64,000 bases of DNA, taken from positions 64,001 to 128,000 of the forward strand of contig JBGSMV010000031.1 of the NCBI GenBank assembly GCA_041739995.1, written 5' to 3'. The translations under genes were made by a program, and so were the position numbers. A model generated the notes under the pieces. That model had not been told where the DNA came from. It searched no databases and saw only the letters and a list, made by a program, of their open reading frames with translations. The DNA comes from Bdellovibrionota bacterium (GTDB lineage Bacteria > Bdellovibrionota_C > UBA2361 > JBGSMV01). Below, piece by piece: positions 1 through 10,141 of the stretch; the first letter of the stretch is position 1, and each line of letters starts with the position of its first letter.

Positions 1-2
1 TG

Positions 3-890
3 CCAGAACTCGTGCCTAGCAGCGGCGCACTTGCCGCCTGTCGAGGCGTGAGCTTCTTGCCTGATGGGCTGCCTATCACCGGCTGTCTTGGAGATCAGCA
101 GGCCTCGCTCTTTGGTCACGGCGTAGTCACGGCAGGTTCAGGAAAAATCACCTTCGGAACTGGGTCGTTCCTGCTCGCTGCCGTAGATCAGCGCCCAGCG
201 CAGCTCCCTCATGGCCTGCTCTGTAGTGTCGCGTTTCACGACGGGAAAAAGGCCCGACTGTGCGTGGAAGGGAGTGCCTTCATCGCCGCTGCGGCACTTC
301 AATATCTGCGCGATCAATTCGGATGGTTTAGTGACTCAGCTGAATCTGAAGCACTCGCTGCATCAGTCGAGCGTATGCCCGATCTTTGGGTCATTCCCGC
401 TTTTGCCGGTTTAGGCGCTCCTTTTTGGAATCCGCATGCCAGAGCTAGTATTCTTGGGCTGTCCCTCGGGACGCGCAAGGAGCATGTAATCCGAGCAACA
501 CTCGAAGCAATTGCGTTTCAAAATGTAGCGCTTGCGTCTTTGATGAGCACAGCGGTTGGCCAACCGATTTTAAATTGGGGGGTAGACGGCGGCGCCTCTA
601 ACAACAATCTCTTAATGCAATTCCAAGCAGACGTGCTTCAAGCAAATCTGAATAGACCTGCCCACAGCGAGATTACCGCTCTTGGTGCCGCAATGGCGGC
701 CCTGGCTACGCATGGCCTCGCTACCTATGGCACTGTGCCTCCGCGATTAGATCCAAAGAGTACCACTCGCGAGTTTCAACCTACGTTTTCCGCGCAAGAA
801 GCTCAGCGGCTGGTCAGTGAATGGGAAAAGGCTGCTGCCAATATAAATGAATTTTATTCCCGTCCGCATGCTGTCGAGCGAGCAAGCTAG
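3..890 (+). CDS. glpK: Glycerol kinase, C-terminal part (5'-truncated by window edge)
   Basis: FGGY kinase motifs GDQQASLFG, KITFGTGSF, PAFAGLGAPFW, RATLEAIAFQ, VDGGAS; frame open from window start. Confidence 0.9.
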   Translation, partial: PELVPSSGALAACRGVSFLPDGLPITGCLGDQQASLFGHGVVTAGSGKITFGTGSFLLAAVDQRPAQLPHGLLCSVAFHDGKKARLCVEGSAFIAAAALQYLRDQFGWFSDSAESEALAASVERMPDLWVIPAFAGLGAPFWNPHARASILGLSLGTRKEHVIRATLEAIAFQNVALASLMSTAVGQPILNWGVDGGASNNNLLMQFQADVLQANLNRPAHSEITALGAAMAALATHGLATYGTVPPRLDPKSTTREFQPTFSAQEAQRLVSEWEKAAANINEFYSRPHAVERAS

Positions 891-1016
891 TGTCCTGCGT
901 GAGAAGTTCATTCAAGTATCTTTCTCGCTGAGCTCATTGTCTAATTCATCGAATTCACAAAGAGATCAGCGAGCACCGCGAGAATTATTAATTAAACTCT
1001 TAACTCAGGGCCTTGG
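887..1016. mobile_element. CTAG-delimited MITE-like repeat, family B copy 1
   Basis: Starts CTAGTGTCCTG (CTAG contains glpK TAG stop). Shares ATTCACAAAGAG..CAGCGAGC..GAGAAT and AACTCTTAACTCAGG with the copy at 41011-41151 (reverse complement). Fills the gap between two convergent stop codons. Confidence 0.75.
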
Positions 1017-1271
1017 CTACCTATCGTCCTCCGAGGCTCGCTTCTCAATCAGCGCACGAATACGCTCCTTCGCCTCTGGTAAAAGCATAGCCTGCGGGTC
1101 TTCTCGATCCTGACGCAGAGAGCCCCGAAGCGTTACGATCGCATCGCGAAACAGACGACAGGTTGAACACATCATAAGATGTAGTCGAAGAGAAACAGTC
1201 TGCAACGTAGTAAGCTTACGCTCCAGTTGAGAAGAGAGAAGCTCACTTGCTCGACGACAGGAAATCATCAT
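1017..1271 (-). CDS. zf-HC2 zinc-finger anti-sigma factor
   Basis: ISCRRASELLS...HLMMCSTC (HxxxCxxC); ATGA overlap with the stop of the upstream ECF sigma gene. Confidence 0.85.
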   Translation of the reverse strand: MMISCRRASELLSSQLERKLTTLQTVSLRLHLMMCSTCRLFRDAIVTLRGSLRQDREDPQAMLLPEAKERIRALIEKRASEDDR

Positions 1272-1837
1272 CGTCCACCACCCGCAGAAAGCCACTTAAG
1301 GGCAAGGCATTTTTGAAGAGAAAGCCTACTTCGATGCAGCATCACTCGCAGATTAGTCGAAGAAATATCAAGAAGGTTACAAATTTCGTCCGACTCAAGT
1401 TCGGTAACTTCTCTTAAGAGAAAGACTCGGCGATGGTTTTCAGGCAAAGAATCCATACATTTCTTAAGCACCACCAAAAACTCATCCTGTCGCCGCCCCG
1501 TTTCGGGATCATGGGCCCAGTGATTTGTACCACTACGCTCCCTCCAATGTCCGACACGATTAAAGTACTCGTCGAGCGATTCTGTGCCCTCAAGCTTTGG
1601 CGGCGTTTCCCTTCCCGCGCGTCGTATTCGGTCGATAATCTTGTGTCTTAGAATCGAGGTGAGCCACGTGCGCGGACTCGAATGTCCCTGAAAGCGGGAA
1701 GAGGCCTCTAGCGCCGCCAGAAAGGTCTCTTGAACCAGGTCCTCCACTACCTCTCGTTCACGAAAGTGCCGGCAAGCAAAGCGAAATAGGTAATCGCCGT
1801 GCTCATCGAGCCACTGAGTGAGATCTATTGAATTCAC
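1268..1837 (-). CDS. ECF-type RNA polymerase sigma-70 factor
   Basis: Region 2 EDLVQETFLAAL...WLTSILRHK; region 4 LPENHRRVFLLRE...LHRSRLSL. Start uncertain (GTG 1837 chosen; ORF open to 1978). Confidence 0.9.
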   Translation of the reverse strand: MNSIDLTQWLDEHGDYLFRFACRHFREREVVEDLVQETFLAALEASSRFQGHSSPRTWLTSILRHKIIDRIRRAGRETPPKLEGTESLDEYFNRVGHWRERSGTNHWAHDPETGRRQDEFLVVLKKCMDSLPENHRRVFLLREVTELESDEICNLLDISSTNLRVMLHRSRLSLQKCLALKWLSAGGGR

Positions 1838-1956
1838 GCCTTGGGCCTCTAGGGGGAAAAATTCTTTACATTCAGCCCTTTGATGCTCCCATGAAGGTCC
1901 TGGGCTGGAAACCCTTGAGAATTGCCAAAGTTGCGCTGCATGAATACCATTCGGCC

Positions 1957-2970
1957 ATGCAAGATAATACCACCACACTCGGCCAGTTGATTATTCCGTC
2001 CTCGCGATGCCCAGGCCCTGGAGCCGCGTTTTCGCTGCTTATCTCCCTCGCGCTTTTTGCAGTCCCACCCCATGCACATGCGGACGATACGACCGTCGCT
2101 ATGGTTGATTGTGTTGCTGCCAGCGTAGACGGAAAACCAATCACCCTGCGTGATGTATCTTCCCGCCTTGGTGCAACACGCTCGATTTCGGCCGATGATT
2201 TTGCCAACGACTCGCGCGCCAAAGACGCCCTGGAGATGATGATCGTTGAACGCTTAATCGAGGAAGAGGCTGCCGCGCGCGGCCTTTCGGTAAGTGACGC
2301 CGAAGTGGACCGTTACACCAATGAAGTTGCCGCTCGCAACAATATGTCACGCAGCGAATTTGAAAACGCTCTGTCTTTGCGAAATACAAACGTAGAAGAT
2401 TATAGAACTCAGGTGCGCGTGGATATTTTGCGATCACGCCTATTGTCTCAACTATCCCAAGAAGGGGTGCCGGTCACCGAAGAGGATGTCGCGCTCTACC
2501 TCCATGAGAACCCTACGCTGACGAAGTCCGGATCCAAAGTCCGACTGAGACAGGTGACCGTGGGTTTCGGCACTCGAACTCCCGATGAGGCTCGTGCCAG
2601 GATCGAAGAGGCTCGAGAGAGCCTGCTTTCTGGTCGTTCCTTTGAAGACGTCGCGCTAGAATATTCTGAGGGGTCTGAAGCTTCCGATGGAGGTTCCCTC
2701 GGACTCGTCGCTGAGGAGGATCTAAACCCACAAATTTTCGAGGCACTGCTCTCACTTGATACAGGGGCAGTAAGTCCGATCGTGAGTCTGCCAGATAGCT
2801 ACCGTTTTTTTCGAGTTGACGAACGTTTCCTCGAACAAACAGATGGCCTTGATGAGCAACTACTTGCTGAAGTCAGGCGTTCACTCTCAGAAAAAAAACT
2901 TCAAGCAAAGATGCAGCTCTTTTTCACTTCTGAAATTCTCAAGCTGCACTACGTAGACCGCAAACTCTAA
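1957..2970 (+). CDS. surA: SurA-type periplasmic chaperone / parvulin PPIase
   Basis: Signal peptide, VDCVAASVDGKPIT SurA N-domain, rotamase motif FEDVALEYSEG..GGSLG; start approximate. Confidence 0.8.
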   Translation: MQDNTTTLGQLIIPSSRCPGPGAAFSLLISLALFAVPPHAHADDTTVAMVDCVAASVDGKPITLRDVSSRLGATRSISADDFANDSRAKDALEMMIVERLIEEEAAARGLSVSDAEVDRYTNEVAARNNMSRSEFENALSLRNTNVEDYRTQVRVDILRSRLLSQLSQEGVPVTEEDVALYLHENPTLTKSGSKVRLRQVTVGFGTRTPDEARARIEEARESLLSGRSFEDVALEYSEGSEASDGGSLGLVAEEDLNPQIFEALLSLDTGAVSPIVSLPDSYRFFRVDERFLEQTDGLDEQLLAEVRRSLSEKKLQAKMQLFFTSEILKLHYVDRKL

Positions 2971-3002
2971 TTCGACACCGCTCACGCTTTAGGAGAGACC
3001 GC

Positions 3003-4421
3003 ATGCGCATTAATCCTGTTGTATTTCGCGAATATGATATCCGAGGAACCGTCGGTGTCGATTTATCCGAAGAGTTTGCCTACCTGCTTGGCCGAGCATA
3101 TGCGACCTTCGCACATTCACCGCGCAACACCGAACCGAAATCCGGAAGTAATTCGAACAGTGCAATCGCAATCGGGCGTGATTGTCGAGAAACCTCAGAA
3201 GGCTACGCCGCCGCACTGGCAAAGGGCATTGCCGACGGTGGACTCAATGTGGTGCTCACCGGCATGGGGCCGACTCCTCAGGTCTATTTTGCGCTCTTTC
3301 AACATAAGCTGGGCGGAGCGATCCAGGTAACGGGCAGTCACAACCCTTCGGACATGAACGGCTTTAAACTCTGCCTCGGAACCCACACCCTTTCGGGCGA
3401 GGAAATTCAAGAATTGAAGCGTTTAGTACTTGAAGAGCATGCGTCTCCATCACCAAAGTGCGCCACGATAGGCTCGATTTCTCCTCTCGAGATTCGAAAC
3501 GAGTACATCCAATCCCTAATCGAAAATTCTCGGCCATTTTTTGGCCCTCGCAAGCTTAAAATTGTGGTCGACGCCGGAAATGGCGTCGGGGGACTGGTTG
3601 GCCCGGAAGTTCTAAGAGCGTTGGGTTGCGAAGTAGTGGAGTTGTTCTGTGAGCCCGATGGGCGATTCCCGAATCATCACCCTGACCCTACCGTGATGGA
3701 GAACATTCGTGAGCTTCAAGCACGCGTAGTTTCGGAGAAAGCAGACTTCGGTATTGGGTGGGATGGTGACGCAGATCGCATTGGGGTCGTGGACGAGCGC
3801 GGCGATGTCATATTCGGTGACATGCTGCTCTATATCTATGGCCGTGAGATTCTTAGGTCAGTGCCGGGCGCAACGATTATTGGTGATGTGAAGTGTTCGA
3901 ATCGTCTCTTTGACGGCCTTCGCTCGCTTGGCGGCACCGCTATCATGTGGAAGACCGGGCATTCACTCATCAAAAATAAGCTCCGCGAGGTTAAGGGCGA
4001 GTTAGCTGGCGAAATGAGTGGTCATATTTTCTTTAAGCACCGCTACTTCGGGTTTGATGACGCTCTGTACGCCTCAGTTCGACTGGCTGAAATCGTCAGT
4101 AACTTCTCAGGGCCTGCGTCGAAACTATTGGCAGAAGTGCCCGTCATGATTGCAACTCCTGAAATTCGAATGGACTGCCCCGAGGAGATTAAATTTAAGA
4201 TTCCCGAAAAGGCAAAGGAGGCTTTTAAGGAATTCGACGTGCAAACGATTGACGGAGTTCGCGTGAACTTTGAGCACGGTTGGGGTCTCGTGCGCGCCTC
4301 GAATACACAGCCGGTACTAGTGATGCGTTTTGAAGCAACCACGAACGAGAAGCTCGAAGAGTACCAAACACTCGTCCAAGGCCGCATTGCTGAGATTTCG
4401 AAGCAACTTCAGAAGAGCTAA
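3003..4421 (+). CDS. Phosphomannomutase/phosphoglucomutase (AlgC-like)
   Basis: FREYDIRG, TGSHNP phosphoserine loop, DGDADR metal loop, GEMSGH, VRASNTQP. Confidence 0.95.
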   Translation: MRINPVVFREYDIRGTVGVDLSEEFAYLLGRAYATFAHSPRNTEPKSGSNSNSAIAIGRDCRETSEGYAAALAKGIADGGLNVVLTGMGPTPQVYFALFQHKLGGAIQVTGSHNPSDMNGFKLCLGTHTLSGEEIQELKRLVLEEHASPSPKCATIGSISPLEIRNEYIQSLIENSRPFFGPRKLKIVVDAGNGVGGLVGPEVLRALGCEVVELFCEPDGRFPNHHPDPTVMENIRELQARVVSEKADFGIGWDGDADRIGVVDERGDVIFGDMLLYIYGREILRSVPGATIIGDVKCSNRLFDGLRSLGGTAIMWKTGHSLIKNKLREVKGELAGEMSGHIFFKHRYFGFDDALYASVRLAEIVSNFSGPASKLLAEVPVMIATPEIRMDCPEEIKFKIPEKAKEAFKEFDVQTIDGVRVNFEHGWGLVRASNTQPVLVMRFEATTNEKLEEYQTLVQGRIAEISKQLQKS

Positions 4422-4555
4422 CGCTCTACTCTGTGGTCTTAGTACTGGAACAAGCAATAGGGCTCGCCGCGAAGACCACAAAAAAGAAATGACCCCAGCT
4501 ATGGAGTCATCGAATGCTCGGAGCCGAATCCGGCCGGTCGCATCTAATCGTCGAT

Positions 4556-4786
4556 TTAAGCTTCAGGCTCGGTTAAGACGGCATCGTCCTCAAACACATC
4601 ATCACTTGCCCCAAGCACCAACGGGAGCTGTGGGTCTAGAACCCTGCGCTCTCCTACTCGGAATAGCACGATAGGAAGGACGGAAGACTCGACAATGACA
4701 TACTCAGGATAGGTCTCCTGAAATCGTTGAACGAGCCAAGAAAAATCTTGATCTTGTAGTTCATGCTGATAGACCGCGCGCGCCAT
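4556..4786 (-). CDS. Small hypothetical protein
   Basis: Protein-like ORF (MARAVYQHELQDQDFSWLV...) in an otherwise empty gap; no family recognised. Confidence 0.55.
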   Translation of the reverse strand: MARAVYQHELQDQDFSWLVQRFQETYPEYVIVESSVLPIVLFRVGERRVLDPQLPLVLGASDDVFEDDAVLTEPEA

Positions 4787-5187
4787 GCAAACCCTCCGTT
4801 TCAGATCCTCGCGATTTACCGTTCGGCAAACCACGACATCGCTCTGGACACACAACCAGATCGCCTACCAAACAATACACGAAGCACTTGCGGCACTAAT
4901 GTCGGCACAGGGCCTGACATGCTCAGCGTACACAACGCTCGCTATTTTTCGGCAGTACGACACACACTTTAGAGACACACACCAAACGGACCCACATAAG
5001 GGGCGAGTCGCAAGCCCGTTAGCAATGAGATCGTCCCGTTCGGGGACTGACTTGAGGTGATTTCACCAGGCAATCGACCAAATTACCGAAAGCCTAAGAA
5101 AGCAAGCCATGTCAAATAGTTAGCTTTATGGGCGTGGCCTAAGAGGGTTGTAAGGCAACAAGAAGATCGGTAGTGTTCCGCGACTAT

Positions 5188-5261
5188 TCGCCCATGGTGC
5201 AACGGTAGCACGTCAGATTCTGACTCTGAAGATCGAGGTTCGAGTCCTTGTGGGCGAACCA
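5188..5261 (+). tRNA. tRNA-Gln(CTG)
   Basis: Acceptor TCGCCCA/TGGGCGA, anticodon arm TCAGA-TTCTGAC-TCTGA, T-loop GGTTCGAGTCC, encoded CCA. Confidence 0.95.
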
Positions 5262-5357
5262 CCTGGACCCTTTAGTGTTTGTCCTCTTTGATTCATCCTA
5301 AATGGAGCTACTGCTCCAGATGGGATCAAGAGTACCGGGCCCTTCTCAGGTAAGGTA

Positions 5358-7229
5358 ATGCAAAATTCTCCAAGAGAAACTTTCGACACAGATTTAGAAA
5401 ACGAGCCCAAGAATACTCGGTTACGCTACTGGGATTCTAAACTCGCCGCGCTCCTCTCTGTCTTCATATTATGCACGCCAAGTTGGTTTCTTTTTGGGTG
5501 CGCGCCCGCTACTTCCATGCGCACACCTTTCGGAGCTCCCTCTCAACTAGACACGGACGTGCGCAGTGCGCCTCGTGGAGTATTTAGTGCCTCGACCGAC
5601 CAGCAATCAGAGGCAATTTATTCGTATCTTCTGGGGGAGATCGCTCTCCAAAAACAAGACCAAGAATCGGCCATCAAACATCTTTCAAAGGCCAAACAGC
5701 TATTCGATGAGCCGACCCCAACAATTGAAGGTACCTTAGCTGGTCTTTATCTTTCTGAAGGAAAGACGAGCGAGGCGGTTGCTGCGGTCCATGACGCGCT
5801 TCAGGCAGACCCCGATAACGAGGAGTTCCTGCTACTTCATGCCTCGCTCCTCCACGCGCTTGGTAAGACCGCCGAAGCACGCACGGCCTACGAAAGTTAC
5901 ATTTCAGCCAATCCGAATGGCTTTAATGGGTTACTCCTCTGCGGCGTTCTGGAACTGCTTGATACGACTTCTGAGAACCACTTCTCTCAGGCCCTCATTC
6001 GGTTAGATGCCGCGTTAGCACTACAACCTCAAAATTCTTTGGCGCTTTTTCTTCGCGCACGAGCACTTGAAGGACTAGGGAGACTCGCTGAAGCCCAGAC
6101 CACTCTTGAGGAAGTATTGGTCCAAGAACCGAAAAACCCTGCTGCCTTTGTGGATCTGGTGCGAGTACTCGCGCAGCAAGGCGAAACCAAAAATATTCGC
6201 AAGCGAACAGAGCAAATGGTCGCTGAAGATCCAGAGCATCAAGCCGCGCGGCGCGTTCTGCTATATTTGTCACTCGAAGATCGCGCCGGCGAAGACCCCA
6301 TTCAGCGGCTTGCGACCCTTGCCCCAAGCCACCTTTCCGTAGCTGACGTGCGCTTTCGCCTAGCGCTTGGCGCCCTCCGCTCTCAGAATCAGAGCGCCGC
6401 ACTACGAGAACTCCGTCTAGTGCTCGTAGAGGAACCTACTAACGCTGATGCGCGCTACAATATCGCGGCCATCCTCTCAAGCTCCGGTGATATCAGTGGA
6501 GCGGTAGTTGAATTGGAGCGAATTCCCAAAGACTCTCCTCTCTTCTCAAAGGCTCGAACTTTTGCTGCATTTCTACTGAGGCAGATAAAACAATATGAAC
6601 GCGCCGAAATTGGCCTGCGCGAGGCCTTGAGCACCGACCCCACGGACTCGAGCATGCGCAGCTTTTTAGTTATTTTGCTACGAGAGGGCGGAAAACCGGG
6701 AGCGGCGAAGGCCATCGTCGAAGAGCAACTTCGAGTCGATCCTCAGAACGAAAGGTTGCTCTTTAGCTATGGAACATTACTGCATGAACTTGGGGAGGAA
6801 GCCCAAGCTCTAGAAGCCATGGAGAAAGTTCTTACGTTAAATGCCGAAAACGGCGACGCCCTCAATTTTGTGGCTTTCTCTCTGGCCGATTCAAGAACGG
6901 ATCTCGACCGTGCAGAAAAGCTAATAACACGTGCGCTTAGAATTAGGCCTAACGACGGATACTTCCTAGATACACTCGGCTGGATACACTTTCAACGAGG
7001 GGATTTCAGTACAGCAGAAGAGGTACTACGCATCGCCGTTCAGACCACAAGCGATGATCCAGAAATCCTTGAACATTACGGTGATGTTCTCAGTCAACTC
7101 GAAAAGCGCTCAGAGGCTTTAAAGGTCTATCAGTCTGCGCTTGAGAAGATTCAAGACTCTGGCGGCACCGAGAGCGAGAAGACTCAAGAGCGCGTAAGGG
7201 AAAAAATTCTACTTCTCTCCGGGAACTAA
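5358..7229 (+). CDS. Tetratricopeptide-repeat protein, possible lipoprotein
   Basis: Many TPR helices, C-terminal ALNFVAFSLAD...YFLDTLGW motif, LFGC lipobox-like site. Confidence 0.85.
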   Translation: MQNSPRETFDTDLENEPKNTRLRYWDSKLAALLSVFILCTPSWFLFGCAPATSMRTPFGAPSQLDTDVRSAPRGVFSASTDQQSEAIYSYLLGEIALQKQDQESAIKHLSKAKQLFDEPTPTIEGTLAGLYLSEGKTSEAVAAVHDALQADPDNEEFLLLHASLLHALGKTAEARTAYESYISANPNGFNGLLLCGVLELLDTTSENHFSQALIRLDAALALQPQNSLALFLRARALEGLGRLAEAQTTLEEVLVQEPKNPAAFVDLVRVLAQQGETKNIRKRTEQMVAEDPEHQAARRVLLYLSLEDRAGEDPIQRLATLAPSHLSVADVRFRLALGALRSQNQSAALRELRLVLVEEPTNADARYNIAAILSSSGDISGAVVELERIPKDSPLFSKARTFAAFLLRQIKQYERAEIGLREALSTDPTDSSMRSFLVILLREGGKPGAAKAIVEEQLRVDPQNERLLFSYGTLLHELGEEAQALEAMEKVLTLNAENGDALNFVAFSLADSRTDLDRAEKLITRALRIRPNDGYFLDTLGWIHFQRGDFSTAEEVLRIAVQTTSDDPEILEHYGDVLSQLEKRSEALKVYQSALEKIQDSGGTESEKTQERVREKILLLSGN

Positions 7230-7291
7230 ATGCGTGGGCGTTTCTTGCGTTCGCCCGTTTCTTTCCCCCACCCAAGCTACGAAACGTTGCG

Positions 7292-8143
7292 ATGAATGAT
7301 TCACTCAGGAAAATGGCCCGCTTCGCACTAACACTGATTTCCCTCTCACTCCTCATCCTACTGAGCACCGGGTGTACGGCAACTCGCACTCGCCTTACGC
7401 TTGAGGGTACGTCTTCACTAAGCCCCCCCGAAAGAGCGCGATTTTTGTCACTGATGCGTCAGAGAAAGGAGGAGATCCATACGCTTCGATTGCTTTTCAA
7501 ATCCACCTTCAGGAAGAGTTCCGTCCCTGAAAGTAGAACAGTACGTACGGCTCTGGTCTTTAGGAATCCTGACAGTGTCAGACTTGAGATCCTTCCCTTT
7601 GGTGCTGCGCAGTCACTCCAGCTTCTCGTTAGCTCAATTGATGGAAGCACTCTCCTTTCACCTTCAGATAGAACCGCAGTCGTTTCGCGAGCAGAAAAAG
7701 GCGGACTGTTGAGAACAGCACTCCATCTTCCCTTAAGTGAGGCCGATCTCTCTTTCTATATGGTCGCACGAGTCCCAGAGCGATTTTTTGCGCTACTTTC
7801 CGATGAACGAGACGCCGGCATTTCCTGTAATGCGATCACGCGTCGGTGCTTGGTGGAGTTGCTGCAATTTGGTGACCAATGGATTGTTGATGCAGATTCT
7901 GGAAGGCTGCTGCAAGCCCAGCTGCTCAATAGGTTTACTAAGGATCCAAGCGTCGCGCTGCAGTATTCAAATCAGGCGACTGCTATCGACAGCGTCGAGA
8001 TTCCTCAGGAGATCAACATCGCCGTACCAGAACAAGAACTTCAGCTTGAGTTCCGTCTGATTAAGGGTCGCATAAATGTTTCCGTTCCTGACGCGCTCTT
8101 CGAGGTGTTTATTCCACCGTCCTATTCGGTGGTCCGTCCCTAG
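7292..8143 (+). CDS. Lipoprotein, LolA/LolB-like (DUF4292-like) fold
   Basis: Lipobox LSTGC; RNPDSVRLEILPFG and C-terminal VPDALFEVFIP typical of the LolA/LolB superfamily; follows a TPR gene. Confidence 0.55.
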   Translation: MNDSLRKMARFALTLISLSLLILLSTGCTATRTRLTLEGTSSLSPPERARFLSLMRQRKEEIHTLRLLFKSTFRKSSVPESRTVRTALVFRNPDSVRLEILPFGAAQSLQLLVSSIDGSTLLSPSDRTAVVSRAEKGGLLRTALHLPLSEADLSFYMVARVPERFFALLSDERDAGISCNAITRRCLVELLQFGDQWIVDADSGRLLQAQLLNRFTKDPSVALQYSNQATAIDSVEIPQEINIAVPEQELQLEFRLIKGRINVSVPDALFEVFIPPSYSVVRP

Positions 8144-8282
8144 TGTCCTGAGATAGAAGTTCATTTAAGCATTTTTCTCGCTGTTCTCGCTGAACTTCTT
8201 GTGCAACTCACGGCTTGCCTACACCTATATTCACAAAGAGGCCAGCGAGCGCGGCGAGAATTGTTCATAGAACCAACACTAG
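8140..8282. mobile_element. CTAG-delimited MITE-like repeat, family B copy 2
   Basis: CTAGTGTCCTGAG...ACACTAG; first CTAG contains the stop of 7292..8143; internal ATTCACAAAGAGGCCAGCGAGCGCGGCGAGAATT. Confidence 0.75.
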
Positions 8283-8292
8283 AGACAGATGG

Positions 8293-10062
8293 TCAACTTA
8301 TCGCACTATCCCCTAAGCGCTCGAGCGCAGCGCTCCCCATGCGCATCGCCCACCTATGGGCCAGTACGTGCGCATACACAAGCATAGTTGAAGCGCTCAC
8401 TACCAACACACCCCATTGCACGTCTCCAAACTCACCCCCTTGAGAGCGAAGTGTTCGAAGTACCACAAGAAATGCTGTTGGAATTCCTGCGACAAAGATC
8501 AACAAAGCACTGGCGAAAAAGTAAAAAACCGCCCCCACTCCGGCAGTAACCTGAGCGGGATGGTCCCAGGTGAAGTTTGAGAATACCGCTCCAAGACCCA
8601 CTGCCAATCCAACGATTCCATAACAATATATCCAACTGACCAAACCGCTCACCGCAATGATTCTCGGTTCAGCTTGAATCGCGAAGCCGCCACTCACCAT
8701 GACAACACTCATAATAGCCGCCAGCGGAATAAACCAGCACCAAAACTTTCCGCGCAAAATTTCTGCCCCACTGAGCGGTGCGCCCTGAAGGATCCAAATG
8801 TTTCTGCCTTCAAGAGAGATAGATGGGAAAACAAAGCGCATGCAAATTGTGGTCGTTACCAAAGCACCGACCAAAATATTCAAGACTACTAAGACACCTT
8901 CCCACCACAATCTCGCTGAATCCTGCAACTGTGCATGCTCTCCAGCCACGCGTAAGATTTGGAAATTGTAGAGATACACTACGCACAGTCCAAGCAGCAC
9001 CATGAGTTGCAGCGCCTGCACCACGTCACGAGCAAACAATTTCAACTCCTTTGCGATAATCGCGCGAGTCGAAGGCCTGGCCATACACATTAAGATACGA
9101 ACTATTCTCTGCGCCCGCCTTCCGTCGATTCGAAACAAACGCTGAGGGCCCTGATGCCTTGCGCGCACTTTCTCAAGGAGTCCAATTGCCGAAACGCCCG
9201 CTAGAACCAGTAACACGAGAGCCACACCGAGATATCGCGCCAGATACCCAAGAAACTCTGCATGCTGTCCGTTACGTAGCGCAGCCAATGTACCCGCAGC
9301 GAGATGCGCTGGATTCACGTAATCCCAGAACTCAATCGGCTGAGGTTGGTCAAGATACGAGAGAAGTAACCGACCAATAATGACACTAACGTCCTCACGC
9401 AGCGCCTCAGGAGGAACATGCCAAGGGGCCACCAAATAGGCACCAATCATTGTACCAAGCCCGACGATCACCATGCCAAGACGAATTCGTCGTGGGGTCA
9501 CTATCCATCCCACCAAGGTTACTAACGAGATTGCTCCCGCACTCGCACACAACACTAGGACCACCAGCATGAGAGCGCCGATTACATAGAATTCCGGCGA
9601 TACCTGAAAGAAATCCGCCACCGCCACAAGAATGGGAGAAACAAGCAAGAGAGGAAACCACGAGGAAACTAAGGCAATATCCCAAAGTTTTCCAAAAAAG
9701 ATTACCCGTCTTGGTACCGGCGAAGTGAGGATTAGATCTAGATCATGAGAAAAGAACAGCGCCGAGAGTGCCGCTACGACCCCTGAGAATAGAAGCAGCA
9801 CGGCCAGCACAGAGAATAGAAGCTGTAGCGGCAGTAGAAGTGGAATTTCTCGTCCCCCAAGGCTCTCACTAAGCCCCGCAAGCGCTACGCTGGTGCTTTG
9901 GAGTAGTCCAAACAACAAAATAAATGCAAAGGTAAAGAGCAATCCATTCTTGACCCATGTCCCCGGAAGATCTCGAACCGCACTGGAGCGACGTAGGATT
10001 GCCGCAACGCGCGGCCTTAAAAGCACAGGGGTCAGCGCCCACCAACGAGGGAGTTTATTCAT
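8293..10062 (-). CDS. ABC-2 type transporter permease (putative ABC exporter)
   Basis: Many TM segments, AIIAKELKLFARD and FPSISLEGRNIWIL motifs; downstream of an ABC ATPase. Confidence 0.85.
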   Translation of the reverse strand: MNKLPRWWALTPVLLRPRVAAILRRSSAVRDLPGTWVKNGLLFTFAFILLFGLLQSTSVALAGLSESLGGREIPLLLPLQLLFSVLAVLLLFSGVVAALSALFFSHDLDLILTSPVPRRVIFFGKLWDIALVSSWFPLLLVSPILVAVADFFQVSPEFYVIGALMLVVLVLCASAGAISLVTLVGWIVTPRRIRLGMVIVGLGTMIGAYLVAPWHVPPEALREDVSVIIGRLLLSYLDQPQPIEFWDYVNPAHLAAGTLAALRNGQHAEFLGYLARYLGVALVLLVLAGVSAIGLLEKVRARHQGPQRLFRIDGRRAQRIVRILMCMARPSTRAIIAKELKLFARDVVQALQLMVLLGLCVVYLYNFQILRVAGEHAQLQDSARLWWEGVLVVLNILVGALVTTTICMRFVFPSISLEGRNIWILQGAPLSGAEILRGKFWCWFIPLAAIMSVVMVSGGFAIQAEPRIIAVSGLVSWIYCYGIVGLAVGLGAVFSNFTWDHPAQVTAGVGAVFYFFASALLIFVAGIPTAFLVVLRTLRSQGGEFGDVQWGVLVVSASTMLVYAHVLAHRWAMRMGSAALERLGDSAIS

Positions 10063-10141
10063 GAAGGTCTCGTAAACGCCTTTCAAACAGCAAAGCAGTA
10101 AGCTCGCAAAACACGGAGTCCTCTATCAAAGGAATGGTTAT

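Noticed and set aside
4946..4972. Sigma28-like promoter (TAAA-N14-GCCGAAAA, minus strand) for the 4556..4786 gene
   Set aside because: Spacer one base short and -10 mismatched; too weak to call
5188..5400. Integrated element at tRNA-Gln or tRNA-Glu
   Set aside because: No integrase and no duplicated tRNA 3' end seen in the window
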